A DNA stretch of 64,000 nucleotides, from the IMG/VR virus record IMGVR_UViG_3300033553_000842, positions 9,142 through 73,141 of that record; one strand, written 5' to 3'. Below are positions 34,301 to 43,209 of this stretch, piece by piece; within the stretch, counting starts at the first letter, position 1, and every line of letters starts with the position of its first letter. The position numbers and the translations under genes are program-made. The notes under the pieces were generated by a model. The model was not told the origin of the DNA. It saw nothing but the letters and a program-made list of their open reading frames with translations, and made no database searches. The DNA is from a virus.

Positions 34301-36207
34301 CCACTGATGCCAGCGTTATTGCTGAAAACGCCAAGGTTGAAAGCATCGCAGCGCGAAATCAATCCGAGACATATCAAACAGCGTCCCTCGCAGCGCAGGC
34401 TGCATCCGAGCTTGCCCGTAATGAAGCGCAAACACAAGCCACCAGCGCGGCTGGAAGCGCTACGGCATCCGCAGGTCATGCGCAAACAGCTCAGGCGTCA
34501 GAAACTGCATCAGGCTCTAATGCAACCGCTGCACAGGCGGCGCAAGTGTCGGCAGAAGCAGCTCGCGATCAATCGTCGAATACTGCAACCGCATCTTCCG
34601 CAAGCGCAGCCGCAGCCGCTGCGTCTGAAACCGCAGCGGGGTCTAGTGCAGCCGCGACCGCTCTGGATCGACAGGCAGCTCAGACGGCCCGCGCAGGAGC
34701 TGAAACAGCCGAGACAAATGCTGCAACCAGTGAAACAAACGCAAGTGGATCGGCTGCTACCGCGACGACCGAAGCCAACAATGCGGCAACATCAGAGACC
34801 AACGCGGGGGCTAGCGCAACTGCTGCCGCAGGTTCTGCTTCAACCGCTTCCACAAAGGCGACAGAGGCTGGCCAGGACGCCACAGCCGCCAACGCCGCAA
34901 AGCTGGCAGCTCAGACGGCCCGCGCAGGAGCCGAAACAGCAGAATCTAACGCCGCAACCAGCGAGACAAGCGCGGCAGGGTCCGCCGCAAGCGCCAGCAG
35001 CAGTGCAACAAATGCTGCAACCAGTGAGAATAACGCAGGCTCTAGTGCAACAGCGGCAGCGTCCAGCGCCTCTCTGGCCTCTACAAAGGCTACTGAATCC
35101 TCTCAATCGGCCACAGCCGCCAACACTGCAAAGCTGAACGCGGAAACAGCCCGCGCAGGAGCTGAAACAGCCGAGACAAATGCAGCAACCAGCGAGACAA
35201 GTGCGGCAGGGTCTGCGGCAACAGCTAGCACGTCCGCGAGCAACTCCGCCGCCAGTGAGACCGCGGCGGGTGGTCACGCCACTGCCGCGGCTACGAGTGC
35301 GTCGGTGGCGACGACCAAAGCAGGTGAAGCTTCACAGAGCGCGACGACCGCAACAACCCAGGCTAACACTGCGACAACCAAAGCAGGAGAGGCCTCCACA
35401 TCAGCCACGAATGCAGCGACTTCTGAAACAGGAGCAAATAATTCTGCTGCTTCGGCACTGATCTCCGAGAATGCTGCGGCCACCAGTGAAACTGCATCTG
35501 GTATTCAAGCCACAGCGTCTGCAAACAGTGCAGGCGTTGCGACAACAAAAGCGACAGAAGCCGCTCAATCGGCTTCCGCTGCTGACGTAAGCAAGACGGC
35601 CGCAGAAACTGCAAAATCAAATGCGGAGTCTTCTGAAACTGCCGCTGCACTAAGTGCTTCCAATGCTTCTGGATCAGAGGCAGCCGCAGGCACATCTGAG
35701 ACAAATGCTGCTGCCTCCGAAACTGCATCAGGAAGCAGCGCCACTGCGGCTGCATCGAGCGCCTCACTGGCGTCAACCAAGGCGACAGAGGCTGGCCAGG
35801 ACGCCACGGCGGCGAACGCGTCAAGATTGGCTGCTGAGACAGCCGAGTCAAACGCCAGCGTGTCCGAAGCCAGTGCTGCGCAAAGCTCAACCGACGCAAC
35901 CGGCTCAGCCTCCAGTGCACAGACTTCCAGCGTTCTGTCCTCTGTGACCTTTGATGAAAGCCTGAAGGCTGCGCGTGAGGGAACCAGAGCCGGAATGGCA
36001 ACTGTTTCAGGAGCCGGCAATGGCCAGTTTCAGCAAGGCTGGACCGGCTGGATCACAATCACCGGTCTGACGACCAACTTTTCCAACAGAACCGAGATCG
36101 AGACAGGCGTTCTGTTTGGTGACGATGGCGCGACCATCGCCTCCATCGATCTTAACCTTGAACTTACACAAATCGTCCGAGCGGGCGAAGGGGATATAGT
36201 AGTATGA
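31372..36207 (+). CDS. Tail tip / host specificity protein J-like, N-terminal part with Ala/Ser/Thr repeat stalk
   Basis: KGAGGG start, VPSNYDP..RYY.G.WDGSFK.AYTDNP.W core, FN3-like region, 77-aa repeats. Confidence 0.9.
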   Translation: MNKVLPKGAGGGPKPPTVHAVTYVSEDIFEINLGVCVGPIAGLYAGPRAFYLGDTPLTSPTGENNFDPFELHVHNGADVATPVHNALGGISSSESVSVQLGYLTPVVRETDAGLRNQIDVLEIRLFISQLVNNTSSGDILKTDISVDLEYREKGTTTWLPFIGDNKTWTYNGRIGGAVKEFRRVVPRINADWELRVTKSLDDDTTNGVYRDVSWESFQSVIQEDKAYNNTVIVRGLSAASDQLNSVPNMAGVWRGLIVQVPSNYDPVTRYYDGVWDGSFKLAYTDNPVWCLYYLLMDPVNGARAYFPGLQTDRFSFYEAAQWCDGLVPRGNTGTYQPRYTYNDLISQVRQGRQTLQYLAGLFGGVIAEDLAGTIILKVDKPSAVTQIFGPESVSSEGFSYSYTDIEGRPNQSKVQFTNPDLQWDNDQRLVEIQEYIDRNGLTVDDYTAVGCIDEYEAQRRAYLRLLQANTETTMVSFSTARQGLLLEPYDVIGIADPAQNWGLSGRVKSVSGTTITLRDALTVPAQVGLTLQVQTPTGIETLTVQSATATTTSLEITVGTWPTNAPDRAQFSLEDNVTSTGLVKPFRILSIEPNEEESSLANISAIEVNPNKHSDADNLTLTQVVDYTGVSAIPRAPQNIRIVSGTSESLTHQDGTIENRILVTWDAPSTYKIRVYYRREESDEFQVITASQNQVYIPMAKAGEPYLIEFRGENEFGIPFQKLTPILHQVTGKRVDLQTPTNWVGIPGVRSVTLDGPDSTLRDFAYFEVWAGEAGSVFENASKIGQVAASLFTYTLPAASLFARYWVLEVDTSGNPSAPSNAIDVLPEPVKSTEIEAAVTEQIEATRAKADAVRADHDALILNFTKTNLGELEVDYNATQAAANDALVAATASEADRLLAEAAANVASVSETNAAASSISASASEAFALAGAVDATDAANAANASETNAAASETNAANSSISANASEAFALAGAVDATDASVIAENAKVESIAARNQSETYQTASLAAQAASELARNEAQTQATSAAGSATASAGHAQTAQASETASGSNATAAQAAQVSAEAARDQSSNTATASSASAAAAAASETAAGSSAAATALDRQAAQTARAGAETAETNAATSETNASGSAATATTEANNAATSETNAGASATAAAGSASTASTKATEAGQDATAANAAKLAAQTARAGAETAESNAATSETSAAGSAASASSSATNAATSENNAGSSATAAASSASLASTKATESSQSATAANTAKLNAETARAGAETAETNAATSETSAAGSAATASTSASNSAASETAAGGHATAAATSASVATTKAGEASQSATTATTQANTATTKAGEASTSATNAATSETGANNSAASALISENAAATSETASGIQATASANSAGVATTKATEAAQSASAADVSKTAAETAKSNAESSETAAALSASNASGSEAAAGTSETNAAASETASGSSATAAASSASLASTKATEAGQDATAANASRLAAETAESNASVSEASAAQSSTDATGSASSAQTSSVLSSVTFDESLKAAREGTRAGMATVSGAGNGQFQQGWTGWITITGLTTNFSNRTEIETGVLFGDDGATIASIDLNLELTQIVRAGEGDIVV
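34681..35900 (+). repeat. 231-bp (77-codon) degenerate tandem repeat array
   Basis: Equivalent positions at 34681, 34912, 35143, 35374, 35605 and 35836. Confidence 0.85.
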
Positions 36208-37838
36208 GCAACATCAATTCAGCCCTCGTAAAAGCCGCAGTCGATGCTCTTACGTCCAAGGTAAACGGCGTCATCGCCACAGCCACAGACAGCGTATCAG
36301 CCGCCGCCCTGGCGCTTGGCTACCGTGACACGACGCTGGCCTACAAAAACCAGGCTGACGCAGCAGCCGCTCTGGCACTGCAGTACAAGAACGACGTTGC
36401 CAGTGCGATTGTATATCAGGACTTGTCTTCGATCGCCCTGTCGAAAGGCATCACCGCAACCGCCATGTGCATCGACACATCGCCAAACCCGCCGCTGTCA
36501 GTGCAGCGGGCGACAAGCTGGTTTGCTGAGTTGGGGCCAATGCCCGCGACAAAGGTGGTGCTTGTTACCGTGTTTTCGGTCACGATTTATGACGGTGATG
36601 ATCCGTCCCATCCTGTGTGGGCGACGTTTAATAGCGGCGTTTCAAAAATGCTTTTTAGAGGTGATTTTAGCTGCGTTTCTCTTGAAAATGGAATTCTCTC
36701 TGTAGGGTCTAACAACACAAACGGCGGCGTAAGCGTAGTTGACTTTTCACAGGATATGCGCACCCTTTATTACGGCGCAGAGACTTATGTATTCAATGGC
36801 AACATATCTGAAAGAAACATTGACAAAGGGCAGACCTTAAAAACAGCGACGGGTGGGATTGTAAACCGAGTAATCAACGCAGTCGCAATGCACGTCTACG
36901 ATGACGCACCTGTTGATCCTGTATCCGGTCTGCAAATCCCGACGATTGCTGTTGGTACGGCTGGCGGTGTGAGCGTTATTCTGGATGATGGGACTGTTGT
37001 TGATAGTGGTAGCACTTTCCCTGCTGACAACATTATTGTGACGGAACAAGGTCTCTGGTGGACAGCATCGGGAATAACTTTGCATTTTGCAACGTGGTCT
37101 GACATTGAGGCGGGCGATGGTTTTGGTGATGTAATCGCTCATATTTTTGGTGGTAGTGGACTGTTTCGGCAGCAAACCCGTTTCGATCGTTTGATTAACC
37201 TTGGCTCTAATCAGCTTGCATGGACATCGGCAGCTTCATATTCCAATACAGTACGGGGTTTGCAGAAGCGTTTGCTTAACTACGCTGACCAGACCAAAGG
37301 CATGTCGGCTCTTATCACATCCTCCTACAACACAGGCTGGATGGTCGGAGACATCAAAGGAGCATTCCTTTCCAGCACGGACACGGCGAGTTTGGTTGCG
37401 AGTGAACAGGTCACGAATGGTACGTTTGATGTTGACCTGTCGGGGTGGACGCAAACAGGCAATAACGCAAATAATTTTTGGGAATTTAGCGCCGGAAAAG
37501 CCCGCGTGGTTTCTGACGGTGGTTTTACACCACTGCAGCAGACAACCAGTTTGGTTGTTGGCAAAAGGTACTGTCTGACCGTTGATGTCACAAAAACCGC
37601 AGGCTCGGTTAAAGTAGGTACAAATTCTACTGTCGATAATATTTCATCTTCCCTTGCTGCCGGAGCTAACAGCATCTTTTTTACGGCCAGTGCAACAACA
37701 CTATACTTTTCGCGGGTTCCAGGTGTCGTCGATTGCACCATCGACAACGTATCCCTCAAACTAGCCGACGCTGACCGCTCAGTGAACGCCAACGGCCTAA
37801 TCGTCAACGGCACAATCACGCGTACACCGGTGGCTTGA
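36204..37838 (+). CDS. Tail fibre / lectin protein, N-terminal part (CBM-like domain)
   Basis: Beta-rich; VTNGTFDVDLSGW...IDNVSLK CBM signature; ends ...GTITRTPVA. Confidence 0.8.
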   Translation: MSNINSALVKAAVDALTSKVNGVIATATDSVSAAALALGYRDTTLAYKNQADAAAALALQYKNDVASAIVYQDLSSIALSKGITATAMCIDTSPNPPLSVQRATSWFAELGPMPATKVVLVTVFSVTIYDGDDPSHPVWATFNSGVSKMLFRGDFSCVSLENGILSVGSNNTNGGVSVVDFSQDMRTLYYGAETYVFNGNISERNIDKGQTLKTATGGIVNRVINAVAMHVYDDAPVDPVSGLQIPTIAVGTAGGVSVILDDGTVVDSGSTFPADNIIVTEQGLWWTASGITLHFATWSDIEAGDGFGDVIAHIFGGSGLFRQQTRFDRLINLGSNQLAWTSAASYSNTVRGLQKRLLNYADQTKGMSALITSSYNTGWMVGDIKGAFLSSTDTASLVASEQVTNGTFDVDLSGWTQTGNNANNFWEFSAGKARVVSDGGFTPLQQTTSLVVGKRYCLTVDVTKTAGSVKVGTNSTVDNISSSLAAGANSIFFTASATTLYFSRVPGVVDCTIDNVSLKLADADRSVNANGLIVNGTITRTPVA

Positions 37839-37840
37839 TT

Positions 37841-38530
37841 ATGAAACGTCAATATAAACGCATGACCAAAGAGGACGAAGATTTCATTGTGGCAAACGAC
37901 GCCACCATGTCTATCAGCCAGATGTGCGAGGCTCTTGGGAGAGCCAAGGGAACTGTCGATAAGGCTCGTAGACGCCTCGGTCTGAGGAAAGACTTTCACA
38001 CCCCTTGGACTGATGCAGAAGCTGCTGTCGTTAAGGCCAATCCAACGATGGGAAACTCTGAAATAGCGGCCCTACTCGAAGGACGCACTGCTAACAATGT
38101 CAGCAGTTGGCGCTATCACAATGGTCTACGAATGGAGCGATCCTGTGCAAAATGCGGATGCGAGTATTTTCATAAATCTAGTGCCTCTAAATTGTGTGGT
38201 GAGTGTTGGGTTTCGGGGGCATTGCCCAATAGCGCAAATCCTCTTGTTCGCTTTGGGTACTATCGTGATGGAGCTAAAAGCCGAGCCATCGAGTTCGACC
38301 TGAGCGAACAAGAGTTCTTCTCGTTTTGGGGTAAGTCCTGCACCTACTGCGGAGCAGATATTGAGGGCATTGGGCTAGACCGTATTGACTCAAAGACAGG
38401 GTACAAGATGAGCAACGTCACGCCATGTTGCGGAAGATGTAATGAAATGAAGATGGCAGATACCGTTGACCAATGGAAAGCGCAGATGACCCGCATCTTA
38501 TCACATATGGAGAAAAACAATGACTGCTGA
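37841..38530 (+). mobile_element. Free-standing HNH-type (His-Me finger) homing endonuclease
   Basis: CTYCG...GLDRIDS..GY...NV.PCC..CN.MK; N-terminal HTH-like repeats and CxxC pairs. Confidence 0.85.
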
Positions 38531-39254
38531 ACTTGTCGCCTATTCGGGGTTCTCTGCAACCAACTATCTCGAACAACCGTACAACCCTGACCTTGATTTC
38601 GGCACAGGTGATTTCTGTGTGATGGGGTGGGCAACGGCATCTGCCGCCTCTGATTGGCTTCTTGATCGGAAGACGCCTGGAGACAATGCCAGCGTGGGGT
38701 TTGACTTGTATCAGTCTGATGGGGATACCAACGGCGGTAATTTGAGATTTGGCACAAGGAGTAGTATTGGCGGTACTCTTACCACCACAGACGTAGGTGA
38801 GGTGACTTCAAAGTTTACCTATTTCGCAGTTGCTCGAAAAGGTGGTGTCGTTTCAACCTACATTAACGGGACTATTACTGGGTCAAATACAAACACCACT
38901 GATTTGACAAACATCTCGGCTAATACATTTATCGGCCTTCGTTCTAATTTGAGCGCTCAATATCTCAATGGCTCACTCGCCCTCATACGCATCGGCGCAA
39001 CAGCCCCAAGCCCTGACCAAATCCGCAAAATCTACAATGACGAGAAAGCCCTGTTCCAACCCAACGCCGCTTGTACCTTGTTCGGCACATCGGACGCGGT
39101 GACAGCACTGGCCCATGACGAAATCACAGGGCTGGATCACGCGGGTACATCGGCTGGACGGTCTGACTTCTCTGGCTTGATCCGAGTGGGCAACACTACC
39201 ACGCCCGTCACAACGGCAATCGCCGCAAACAATTCTCTGATACTGGAACAGTAA
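38520..39254 (+). CDS. LamG/ConA-like lectin domain protein, C-terminal part of the interrupted fibre gene
   Basis: DFGTGDFCVMGW, YFAVARKGG..STYING, FIG, LNGSL..IRI; GGAG RBS inside the HNH gene. Confidence 0.85.
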   Translation: MTAELVAYSGFSATNYLEQPYNPDLDFGTGDFCVMGWATASAASDWLLDRKTPGDNASVGFDLYQSDGDTNGGNLRFGTRSSIGGTLTTTDVGEVTSKFTYFAVARKGGVVSTYINGTITGSNTNTTDLTNISANTFIGLRSNLSAQYLNGSLALIRIGATAPSPDQIRKIYNDEKALFQPNAACTLFGTSDAVTALAHDEITGLDHAGTSAGRSDFSGLIRVGNTTTPVTTAIAANNSLILEQ

Positions 39255-39255
39255 C

Positions 39256-39906
39256 ATGACCGTAAGAATAGCAAAACCGGCGATTAACCTGCGTGAAGAA
39301 CTGGTCAGGCTGAGAACCCTGCCAACGTATCGTGAGGAAGAGTTTTATTTCGACAGCTTGGTCGAGAATGGGACTTTTGACAGCGATACTATTTGGACAC
39401 TAACGGGGGGTTCAATAACGGGTGGAGAATATGTCGGACCCGCCTCTGGTGCTCAAGGTGTCCAACAGAATAGCAAAACGCCCCTTGGGACGAAAAGGTA
39501 CAAGGTGCAGTTTGACGCCAGTGTTGCAGCGTCTGTAACCACCGTGTTTTTACGCCTTGGGTCTAATACTAATGTTTTAGATTGGACGGTTGGCACCACC
39601 CCAACAACTTTCAGCGGGGTTGCTACGGCTGGCGGGGTTAGTGAACTGATTTATCTTCTTTCTGGTGGTGCCAACACCCTGCGGCTAGACAATATCACAC
39701 TCTTCGAGGTCGATGCCAACGGCGACGTAATCCACACAATGAAGCAAGGCTGGTTGCCCAAATACTTTTTCGAAGACGGGCTTAAAATCCGTGAAGGTGT
39801 GGCGCATGACTATGAAGCCTATACGGACGGTTTCAGGTGGTTCGTCAAGCCAAGCGTGACACCCGGCGCGTTGACAGAAACCTGCATCATTGGAGTGAAA
39901 GCATGA
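39256..39906 (+). CDS. CBM-like virion protein
   Basis: MTVRIAKPAINLRE start; LVENGTFDSD..W and LDNITL. Confidence 0.75.
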   Translation: MTVRIAKPAINLREELVRLRTLPTYREEEFYFDSLVENGTFDSDTIWTLTGGSITGGEYVGPASGAQGVQQNSKTPLGTKRYKVQFDASVAASVTTVFLRLGSNTNVLDWTVGTTPTTFSGVATAGGVSELIYLLSGGANTLRLDNITLFEVDANGDVIHTMKQGWLPKYFFEDGLKIREGVAHDYEAYTDGFRWFVKPSVTPGALTETCIIGVKA

Positions 39907-40451
39907 ATATCCTGAACCTGAAACTCGGTGATGCGCCCAAGACCGCCGCAACAATCGAGAAGGCCAAGGCCCGGTACATGAACGCAATGGGTTGGACAGC
40001 GACAAAGCGTGACGACGCCATGAATGAAGGGGCATTCCTTTTGACAGGGTACATCCAGACAGCGCCAATGTTTGACAAAGCGATGGTGGACCTATCGCGG
40101 TTCGAACTTGATCTGGCTGAGACGTACCAGATCAACGCCTTCAATGCGCAGCTTGCCGCATATCGTGCTGCCAAGACACGTCTTGGACGGCATGTCCTTG
40201 CAGATGGTCAGCTTGAGGTCATAGAGGAGTTTGACCCTGAGACGGGTGAACCACTCACGGAACCCGTTGTCGTACAGCAAGCCATCGAACCCTTGGACGC
40301 AACTGTGGTCATCACCGAATATGACGAAGAAGGTGCGGCCATGGATTTCACGGTGGCGAACCCGCTGATCGCAATCGACGAGGCTCAACGTGACCATGCC
40401 CAATCTGTGATCGACGCGACCCCTGAAGGAGTGATCGCGTATGCCACTTGA
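39903..40451 (+). CDS. Hypothetical fibre-associated protein
   Basis: ATG at 39903 with GGAG RBS; NPLI.ID.A.R..AQSVIDATP C-terminus. Confidence 0.7.
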   Translation: MNILNLKLGDAPKTAATIEKAKARYMNAMGWTATKRDDAMNEGAFLLTGYIQTAPMFDKAMVDLSRFELDLAETYQINAFNAQLAAYRAAKTRLGRHVLADGQLEVIEEFDPETGEPLTEPVVVQQAIEPLDATVVITEYDEEGAAMDFTVANPLIAIDEAQRDHAQSVIDATPEGVIAYAT

Positions 40452-43209
40452 TTACACTGGGGTAGGAGCTGCACAGTTTGATGAACCGGCCACACTGGTC
40501 TGGGGTTCGTCCTTGCCTGTTCTGCCCGACACTGTGCTTCAGCTCACTCTGAGTGTCGCGAAGGTCAACGGGGCAAACGCCAGCATTGTCGCTGGACTGA
40601 TCTGCTATGACGAGACCGGCAATGACGTCGGTCAACTCCTGACCATCTCTGAGACCGTAAGCAGCGCAGACTGGCAAGAGTTTGTCCAGAGCTTCTCCGG
40701 CTGGCCCGCAGGTACAGTTTCGGTGCTGCAAGTGTTCCAGCATCAAACATCTGGCAGCACGATCCAGGTCGATGAGTTTTCCTATGAAGACGTGACGGCA
40801 GTGGTTGCCGCTGAAGCCGCCGTGATCTCGGCCCAGACAGCGACAACAAAAGCGACCGAAGCCGGGACGTCAGCCACGGCGGCTCAAAGCGAACGCGTTC
40901 TGGCTGAGACTGCCAGGTCGGGTGCAGAAACCGCAGAGACAAATGCCGCGGCATCTGAAACCAGTGCTTCTGGATCTTCCGCAGCCGCCTCGACCAGCGC
41001 CTCAAACGCAGCCAACAGCGCCACCCAGTCGGGCAACTCTGCAACGGCGGCAGCAAGTTCAGCCTCAACTGCTTCTACAAAGGCCACAGAGGCATCACAG
41101 GACGCCACAGCGGCGGCGTCAGAGCGCCTTGCAGCCGAGACTGCTCGATCTGGTGCAGAGAGCGCGGAGACGGGCGCTGTCACAGCAAAGAACACCTCAG
41201 AGAGCGCAGCGGCGACCGCCACTAGTAAAGCGACACTGGCCGCTCAAAGCGAAACCAATGCGGGAAACTCAGCTACCGCCGCAGCAGGAAGTGCATCTAC
41301 AGCAACAACCAAGGCCACAGAGGCATCACAGTCAGCTTCCACGGCCACAACGCAAGCCAACACGGCGACAACAAAGGCCGGAGAGGCGTCAACCTCTGCC
41401 AGCCAAGCAGCGACGTCAGCCACTAACGCTGATGGGTCCGCTTCCTCAGCCTCGACAAGCGTGACAAACGCGGCCAACAGTGAAACAGCAGCAGGTAACT
41501 CCGCCAGCGCTGCGGCGACCGATGCGTTCACTGCAACAACCAAAGCAGGCGAAGCATCAACCAGTGCAACTGCGGCCAACGCGGCTAAACTAGCTGCGCA
41601 GACGGCTCAATCTAATGCGGAAACCGCTGAAACGAATGCCGCAACGAGTGAGACAAACGCCAGTGGGTCTGCCTCCTCAGCCTCAACCAGTGCAACAAAC
41701 GCGGCCAACAGCAACACGGCCGCGGGCAACTCAGCCACAGCCGCTGCTAATTCAGCCTCAACTGCAACAACCAAAGCGAGCGAAGCCGGTACATCTGCTA
41801 CATCAGCGTCCACGTCAGCCAACACCGCGTCGACCAAAGCCGCTGAAGCTTCCACATCTGAGACAAACGCAGCGACCAGCGCCACGTCGGCTTCTGGATC
41901 TTCAGCTGCGGCCATCTCTGCCAAAGACACCGCTGTTGCTGTCGCCTCTCAAGGTGGAGGCGTTCTGTCTGACATGACGTTGCCCTACGGGGCAGGAAAA
42001 TGGGGTGCCTATTCTACAGGCCCAACACTTACCGCGAGTGAAATTTACCCCACAGGCAATACCTGGACTTGGAACCTGGCGGCAAACGCCAGTGGTGGGG
42101 CAGTAATTTCGCAAATCAGTCCGCTCTGGACAGGTGTTAAATTTGCCGACGGTTTTCGTGTCGAAGTAACCTACAAGTTGATCTCTGGTACATTGCAAGG
42201 CGCAGGTGTCCTGCTCGATTTCTATCCCGCAACCGGAAGTCACCAGAGGGTTCAGAAGTCTCTCGAAGAGATGACCCCTGGAACGGTAATCACTGGCGCT
42301 GTCATGCAGGCCAGTGCTGTGTTTGATAAACCCGCAGGCATCACCACGTCGGGCGGTGTCGGGGTCTATTTCATGGCCAGCGCGTCGCTCTTCGGTGCAC
42401 AGGACGCCAAGAACATCAAGATTTACAGCATCCAGGTCTATCCGATTTCGGTCACTGAGGCGTCTGTCAAAGAACAGGCATCAACTATTGTCGATCTTCA
42501 GGGGAACGCGTCCGCTGGGTACCTGATCAAAGCGCAAGCCGGTTCAGAGGTGTCGCTTCTGGATCTGATCGCAGCTGATGGCGCTGCGGGGGCTGTTTCG
42601 GTGGCCAAGATCAGCGCCACAAGCATCCTGCTGGATGGTACAGTCACAGCCGATCATATCAACGTGACGTCACTAGACGCAATCTCAGCCAATTTGGGAA
42701 CCATCCAAGTAGGTAGCGCGAATATAGCCGACGCGGCGATCACCAATGCCAAGATCGGTGATACGATCCAATCTAACGACTTCGTAGCTGGATCAGCTGG
42801 CTGGCGTATTCTGAAAACTGGCTCTGCTGAGTTTAACGGTGTCGTTATTTCCCGTGATCAGGTCGTTGGCTCAGGCACTGCCTCCATCCCAACTACACAA
42901 TGTTCCCAGCAGGGCTTTTTCACAAATGATGGCGTGTTTTGGATCGACACAGGTCTATCAACTTCGGCATGGACCGGTAGCGATGCAAGTTACAGCGCCG
43001 CTGTTGGACGTAATGGAAGTAACGGAACAATATTTAACACCAACAATGCCACCACTACGGAGCGACAGTGGGGATGGGCTGCGGAGGTAATCCCCATCAC
43101 AAGATGGACCGGGGGAGCGACGTTGTTTATAAAGGTTGAGCTTTGGACAAAAAACGTAAGCGCAGCTTCAGGTTTCATACTTGATTGGAAGGTTAAGAAG
43201 GTAACATGA
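40441..43209 (+). CDS. Tail tip / fibre protein carrying the J-like C-terminal region
   Basis: Partial CBM, 77-aa repeats, then ANIADAAITNAKIGDTIQSNDFVAGSAGWRI.K.GSAEFN typical of J C-termini. Confidence 0.85.
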   Translation: MPLDYTGVGAAQFDEPATLVWGSSLPVLPDTVLQLTLSVAKVNGANASIVAGLICYDETGNDVGQLLTISETVSSADWQEFVQSFSGWPAGTVSVLQVFQHQTSGSTIQVDEFSYEDVTAVVAAEAAVISAQTATTKATEAGTSATAAQSERVLAETARSGAETAETNAAASETSASGSSAAASTSASNAANSATQSGNSATAAASSASTASTKATEASQDATAAASERLAAETARSGAESAETGAVTAKNTSESAAATATSKATLAAQSETNAGNSATAAAGSASTATTKATEASQSASTATTQANTATTKAGEASTSASQAATSATNADGSASSASTSVTNAANSETAAGNSASAAATDAFTATTKAGEASTSATAANAAKLAAQTAQSNAETAETNAATSETNASGSASSASTSATNAANSNTAAGNSATAAANSASTATTKASEAGTSATSASTSANTASTKAAEASTSETNAATSATSASGSSAAAISAKDTAVAVASQGGGVLSDMTLPYGAGKWGAYSTGPTLTASEIYPTGNTWTWNLAANASGGAVISQISPLWTGVKFADGFRVEVTYKLISGTLQGAGVLLDFYPATGSHQRVQKSLEEMTPGTVITGAVMQASAVFDKPAGITTSGGVGVYFMASASLFGAQDAKNIKIYSIQVYPISVTEASVKEQASTIVDLQGNASAGYLIKAQAGSEVSLLDLIAADGAAGAVSVAKISATSILLDGTVTADHINVTSLDAISANLGTIQVGSANIADAAITNAKIGDTIQSNDFVAGSAGWRILKTGSAEFNGVVISRDQVVGSGTASIPTTQCSQQGFFTNDGVFWIDTGLSTSAWTGSDASYSAAVGRNGSNGTIFNTNNATTTERQWGWAAEVIPITRWTGGATLFIKVELWTKNVSAASGFILDWKVKKVT
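40906..41930 (+). repeat. Second 231-bp degenerate tandem repeat array
   Basis: Equivalent positions at 40906, 41137, 41368, 41599 and 41830. Confidence 0.85.

Noticed and set aside
37836-38530. Group I intron, intein or ribosomal hop explaining the HNH insertion
   Set aside because: The insert is fully coding with no room for a ribozyme core, has stop codons and no intein termini. A GCT-to-GCT hop would span ~690 nt, far beyond the 50-nt T4 gene 60 bypass, and a dedicated RBS and ATG exist for the second half.
34681-41930. Diversity-generating retroelement or invertible shufflon in the fibre locus
   Set aside because: No reverse transcriptase or invertase; repeat differences are mostly synonymous and not adenine-specific; repeats are direct, not inverted.
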